Shown piece after piece: positions 61,819 through 64,000 of a stretch of 64,000 nt of DNA. Every line of letters begins with the position of its first letter. Position 1 is the first letter of the stretch. Under the pieces are notes generated by a model that searched no databases, was not told the DNA's origin, and saw only the letters and a program-made list of their open reading frames with translations. Source of the DNA: an uncultured Eubacteriales bacterium (GTDB taxonomy: Bacteria; Bacillota; Clostridia; Oscillospirales; Acutalibacteraceae). The position numbers and the translations under genes are program-made. The stretch lies in the NCBI GenBank assembly GCA_964516565.1, contig CAZEXA010000002.1, positions 1,556 through 65,555 of the forward strand, read 5' to 3'.

Positions 61819-62931
61819 TTGAGAATCTTACGAAAAATTTGCTGCTGTATACTGTGCACGACACTATTGCTGCCGCTGGGACAGGTGTTTGCCCACGCCG
61901 AACAAGCCATCATCCTGCTCGGCGATGTGGATTTGGACGGTAAGGTGACAGAGCCTGACGCACGGCAGATCCTGCGGTTTTCCGCCGATCTTGATGAGAT
62001 CAATGACGATTTGCTTTTCTTTGCCTGCGATTTTAACGGCGATGGACATGTAACTGCGTATGACGCGCGCGTGGCACTGCGTATAGCCGCCGGTATCGAG
62101 AAACCCCGGTATATTTTCTACGGCACGTTTGTCTTCACCACCTATGGCTGGGGTCACGGCGTCGGTTTAAGTCAGGAGGGCGCCGAATATTACGCTAAAA
62201 ATATGGGCTGGGACTATGCGCATATTCTCACACATTACTACACCGGCGCCGTGCTGAAAACCGACAGCGCCGTTTCGTCGCAAACTCTCAGTATCGACGG
62301 CACCGTCTATTCCATGAAGCAGGGCATCGCGCGGATTCTTGACCAGGAAATGAATACATACTATAACAGCGAAGCACGCAAGGCACAGGCCGTCGCTATT
62401 TATTCTTATCTTAAATATAAATACAAGGATAAAAACACCAATAGCTGGACAGCCTCCGGGGTTGCTTGGATTTCAAACAGTAAAACGCCCTCTTCTAAAA
62501 CCGTGACGCTTGTGGGCGAAATCCTCGGTAAATACATGGCATATAACGGTACCGTCATAAACGCCGTCTTTTCAGCCGCCAGCGCCGGAACGACCGCCTC
62601 CTCAAAAATCATTTGGGGCGGCGACCTCCCCTATCTACAGCCGGTTGATAGCATCGGGGATGTTTATACCGAATATTTCGGCTATCAAAAAACAAAAACT
62701 TCAACCGAAGTCTACACCGCTCTGACAAAGGCGTATGGCGATAAAATCGCGCTCTCCGATAACCCCGAGGAATGGATAAAAATCCTGTCACATGACAGTG
62801 CGGTCGATGAAAATATTGGCTATGTGATTTCGGTAAACGTCGGCGGATATACGATGAAAGGTGAAAAGCTCCGCTCCGCCTTAAAATTAAAATCACCGTG
62901 TTTTACTTTCGAGTTCTACCCCGACGGCTGA
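61819..62931 (+). CDS. Secreted dockerin-SpoIID/LytB-domain protein
   Basis: 370 aa, with a TTG start and SD AAAGGAAA. After the signal peptide come two dockerin Ca-binding repeats (GDVDLDGKVTEPDARQILRFSA; CDFNGDGHVTAYDARVALRIAA). The SpoIID core follows, with YGWGHGVGLSQEGAEYYA and a later NAVFSAASAGTTASS segment. Confidence 0.75.
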   Translation: MRILRKICCCILCTTLLLPLGQVFAHAEQAIILLGDVDLDGKVTEPDARQILRFSADLDEINDDLLFFACDFNGDGHVTAYDARVALRIAAGIEKPRYIFYGTFVFTTYGWGHGVGLSQEGAEYYAKNMGWDYAHILTHYYTGAVLKTDSAVSSQTLSIDGTVYSMKQGIARILDQEMNTYYNSEARKAQAVAIYSYLKYKYKDKNTNSWTASGVAWISNSKTPSSKTVTLVGEILGKYMAYNGTVINAVFSAASAGTTASSKIIWGGDLPYLQPVDSIGDVYTEYFGYQKTKTSTEVYTALTKAYGDKIALSDNPEEWIKILSHDSAVDENIGYVISVNVGGYTMKGEKLRSALKLKSPCFTFEFYPDG

Positions 62932-62971
62932 TTCTTTTATTCGTGACCGAGAGCTAAAATGCTCTTTAGTA

Positions 62972-63002
62972 TTTACAGGGGCGGCTTTGCCGCCCCTGTA
63001 AA
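62972..63002. terminator. Bidirectional rho-independent terminator between convergent genes
   Basis: tttacaggggcggc-ttt-gccgcccctgtaaa forms a 14-bp perfect stem whose A/T-rich ends supply U-tracts on both strands. Confidence 0.75.
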
Positions 63003-63016
63003 TATTGAATAATTGA

Positions 63017-64000
63017 TTATTTGCCTACAGCCATATTCAGAATTTCGGAGAAAGCCTCAATGGTTACTACTCCGCCCGCAGCCGTTGCGGGATCCGCAAG
63101 GGCTGCTTTAAGAAATGCGCCTTCAAGATCGCTATGGGTGTTAAGAGCAAGGTTACACAGCATGGCGTCAGCAGAGTCTATAACGGCATCGCCTGAAATA
63201 TCGCCCTTGACAACGACCGTATAAGAAGCTACGGGAACGGATACAACACTCAAACCGGCTGTCTTGTCGCCATAGTAGGTGATAACCGTGCCCGTTCCGG
63301 CATGAGTGCCATTCCCCGTGACAAGTACTGGCTGAATGTTGGTAACGTCGGCGGGAGGATTAATGAGCGACAGGTAGGAATGAAGCGTATCAATCTCAAG
63401 ATTGTTGGGAATATAGGCAAAGTACGCGTTGTTACCCGTGCCCTGAAGCTCTGCAGACGCTTCGGGTTTGGCATTCGTAAGCGTTGTGTCAGCGCATCTC
63501 AAGTTTGAAAGAGCAAGTCTAAGAGCCGATTCCGCATCGTCTATTATTTCCTGATCCTCAAAACCATACGGTGTTTTTACAACATTGAGCGCTGCATCCG
63601 GGAACAAATCGACGCCTTTAGCCGTGTAGCCGAGTGCCGCTATCACTTTACCGATACTCTTCACATCATTCATATAGAGGCCAATATTGTCCAGAGCCGC
63701 CTGAGCGGAAGCGACAGCGTTCTCAAGGCCCCTATAATCGGCACCGTCGGCTATCGGAATAAGCCCGTTGACTGCTGTCACCAAGCAATCCTTAGCACAG
63801 ATGATTTCTTCATTCTCCGTACTGCTTGCGGCTTGTGTCTGTGCGTCTGCAAGAACACTGAGATATCTGTTCCAGCTCTTCTCTGTGTAAACAGCGCTTG
63901 TTGCCTCGTTTCCGTACATCTCAAGAGCGGAAGCGATTTCTGAGTTCAGGTACATCCTGACATAACCATAATCCAGAGCATCGCCGCCCTCACGGGGAAG
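63017..64000 (-). CDS. C-terminal part of a secreted protein with FIVAR-like helical repeats and a degenerate dockerin-like tail; the 5' end lies beyond the window
   Basis: The frame stays open for the 15 codons upstream of the track's Met (63955) out to position 64000. Helical repeats are YTEKSWNRYLSVLADAQ and YRGLENAVASAQAAL. The C-terminus has GDISGDAVIDSADAMLCNLAL followed by a second loop that lacks the canonical residues. Confidence 0.6.
   Translation of the reverse strand, partial: LPREGGDALDYGYVRMYLNSEIASALEMYGNEATSAVYTEKSWNRYLSVLADAQTQAASSTENEEIICAKDCLVTAVNGLIPIADGADYRGLENAVASAQAALDNIGLYMNDVKSIGKVIAALGYTAKGVDLFPDAALNVVKTPYGFEDQEIIDDAESALRLALSNLRCADTTLTNAKPEASAELQGTGNNAYFAYIPNNLEIDTLHSYLSLINPPADVTNIQPVLVTGNGTHAGTGTVITYYGDKTAGLSVVSVPVASYTVVVKGDISGDAVIDSADAMLCNLALNTHSDLEGAFLKAALADPATAAGGVVTIEAFSEILNMAVGK

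Noticed and set aside
1-64000. A search of all intergenic gaps longer than 60 nt for tRNA, rRNA, known riboswitch-like leaders (glmS, T-box, M-box, PyrR) and mobile-element genes.
   Set aside because: No cloverleaf-compatible sequence or GTTCGAATC-type T-loop was found. No leader is long and structured enough. No transposase or integrase motifs appear in any supported ORF.

Overview
This 64 kb window looks like chromosomal DNA from a Firmicute, probably Clostridia or Oscillospiraceae-like. That guess rests on about 55-60% G+C by spot counts, the ecfA1-ecfA2-ecfT-truA arrangement, dockerin modules, and SD-dependent, tightly overlapping operons. It is densely coding: about 60 CDS are supported, and no rRNA, tRNA, CRISPR array, transposase or integrase is recognisable.

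Contents from left to right:
- An edge-truncated GH38 alpha-mannosidase, missing from the ORF track because it has no stop inside the window, and a sugar-isomerase-like TIM-barrel gene.
- A 4 kb AT-rich island of clearly foreign composition. It carries a DUF1430-type permease, a small ABC ATPase and two paralogous membrane-anchored proteins of unknown function.
- A long minus-strand housekeeping block: clpE-like, pgsA, cvpA, truA, ecfTA2A1, a methyltransferase, glmM and ruvBAC.
- A GNAT / SH3-lipoprotein / radical-SAM group.
- An aldolase / E2-catalytic-domain-only acyltransferase / ChbG deacetylase cluster.
- A heterodimeric ABC exporter with unusual N-terminal zinc-ribbon domains and an intervening DUF1854-like gene.
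- A 14.5 kb hypFCDE plus 12-gene membrane-bound [NiFe] group-4 hydrogenase operon. Its subunit inventory mirrors the full 11-subunit complex I core.
- A divergent activase plus two DUF2229-like genes.
- A pyrC-K-D-F-E-B-I operon.
- A mixed sugar and repair block: GH27, corA, a Gfo/Idh/MocA oxidoreductase, nth, an amidohydrolase, a GPH symporter and an Fe-ADH.
- Two dockerin-bearing secreted proteins, one of them a SpoIID-domain protein.

The most interesting candidates are:
- the complex-I-like hydrogenase
- the AT-rich orphan ABC island with its paralog pair
- the ABC-DUF1854 system
- the split activase/DUF2229 locus
- a 10-unit heptanucleotide repeat directly upstream of the glmM ribosome-binding site

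All family assignments come from reading motifs by eye. No database search, alignment statistic or structure prediction was run.
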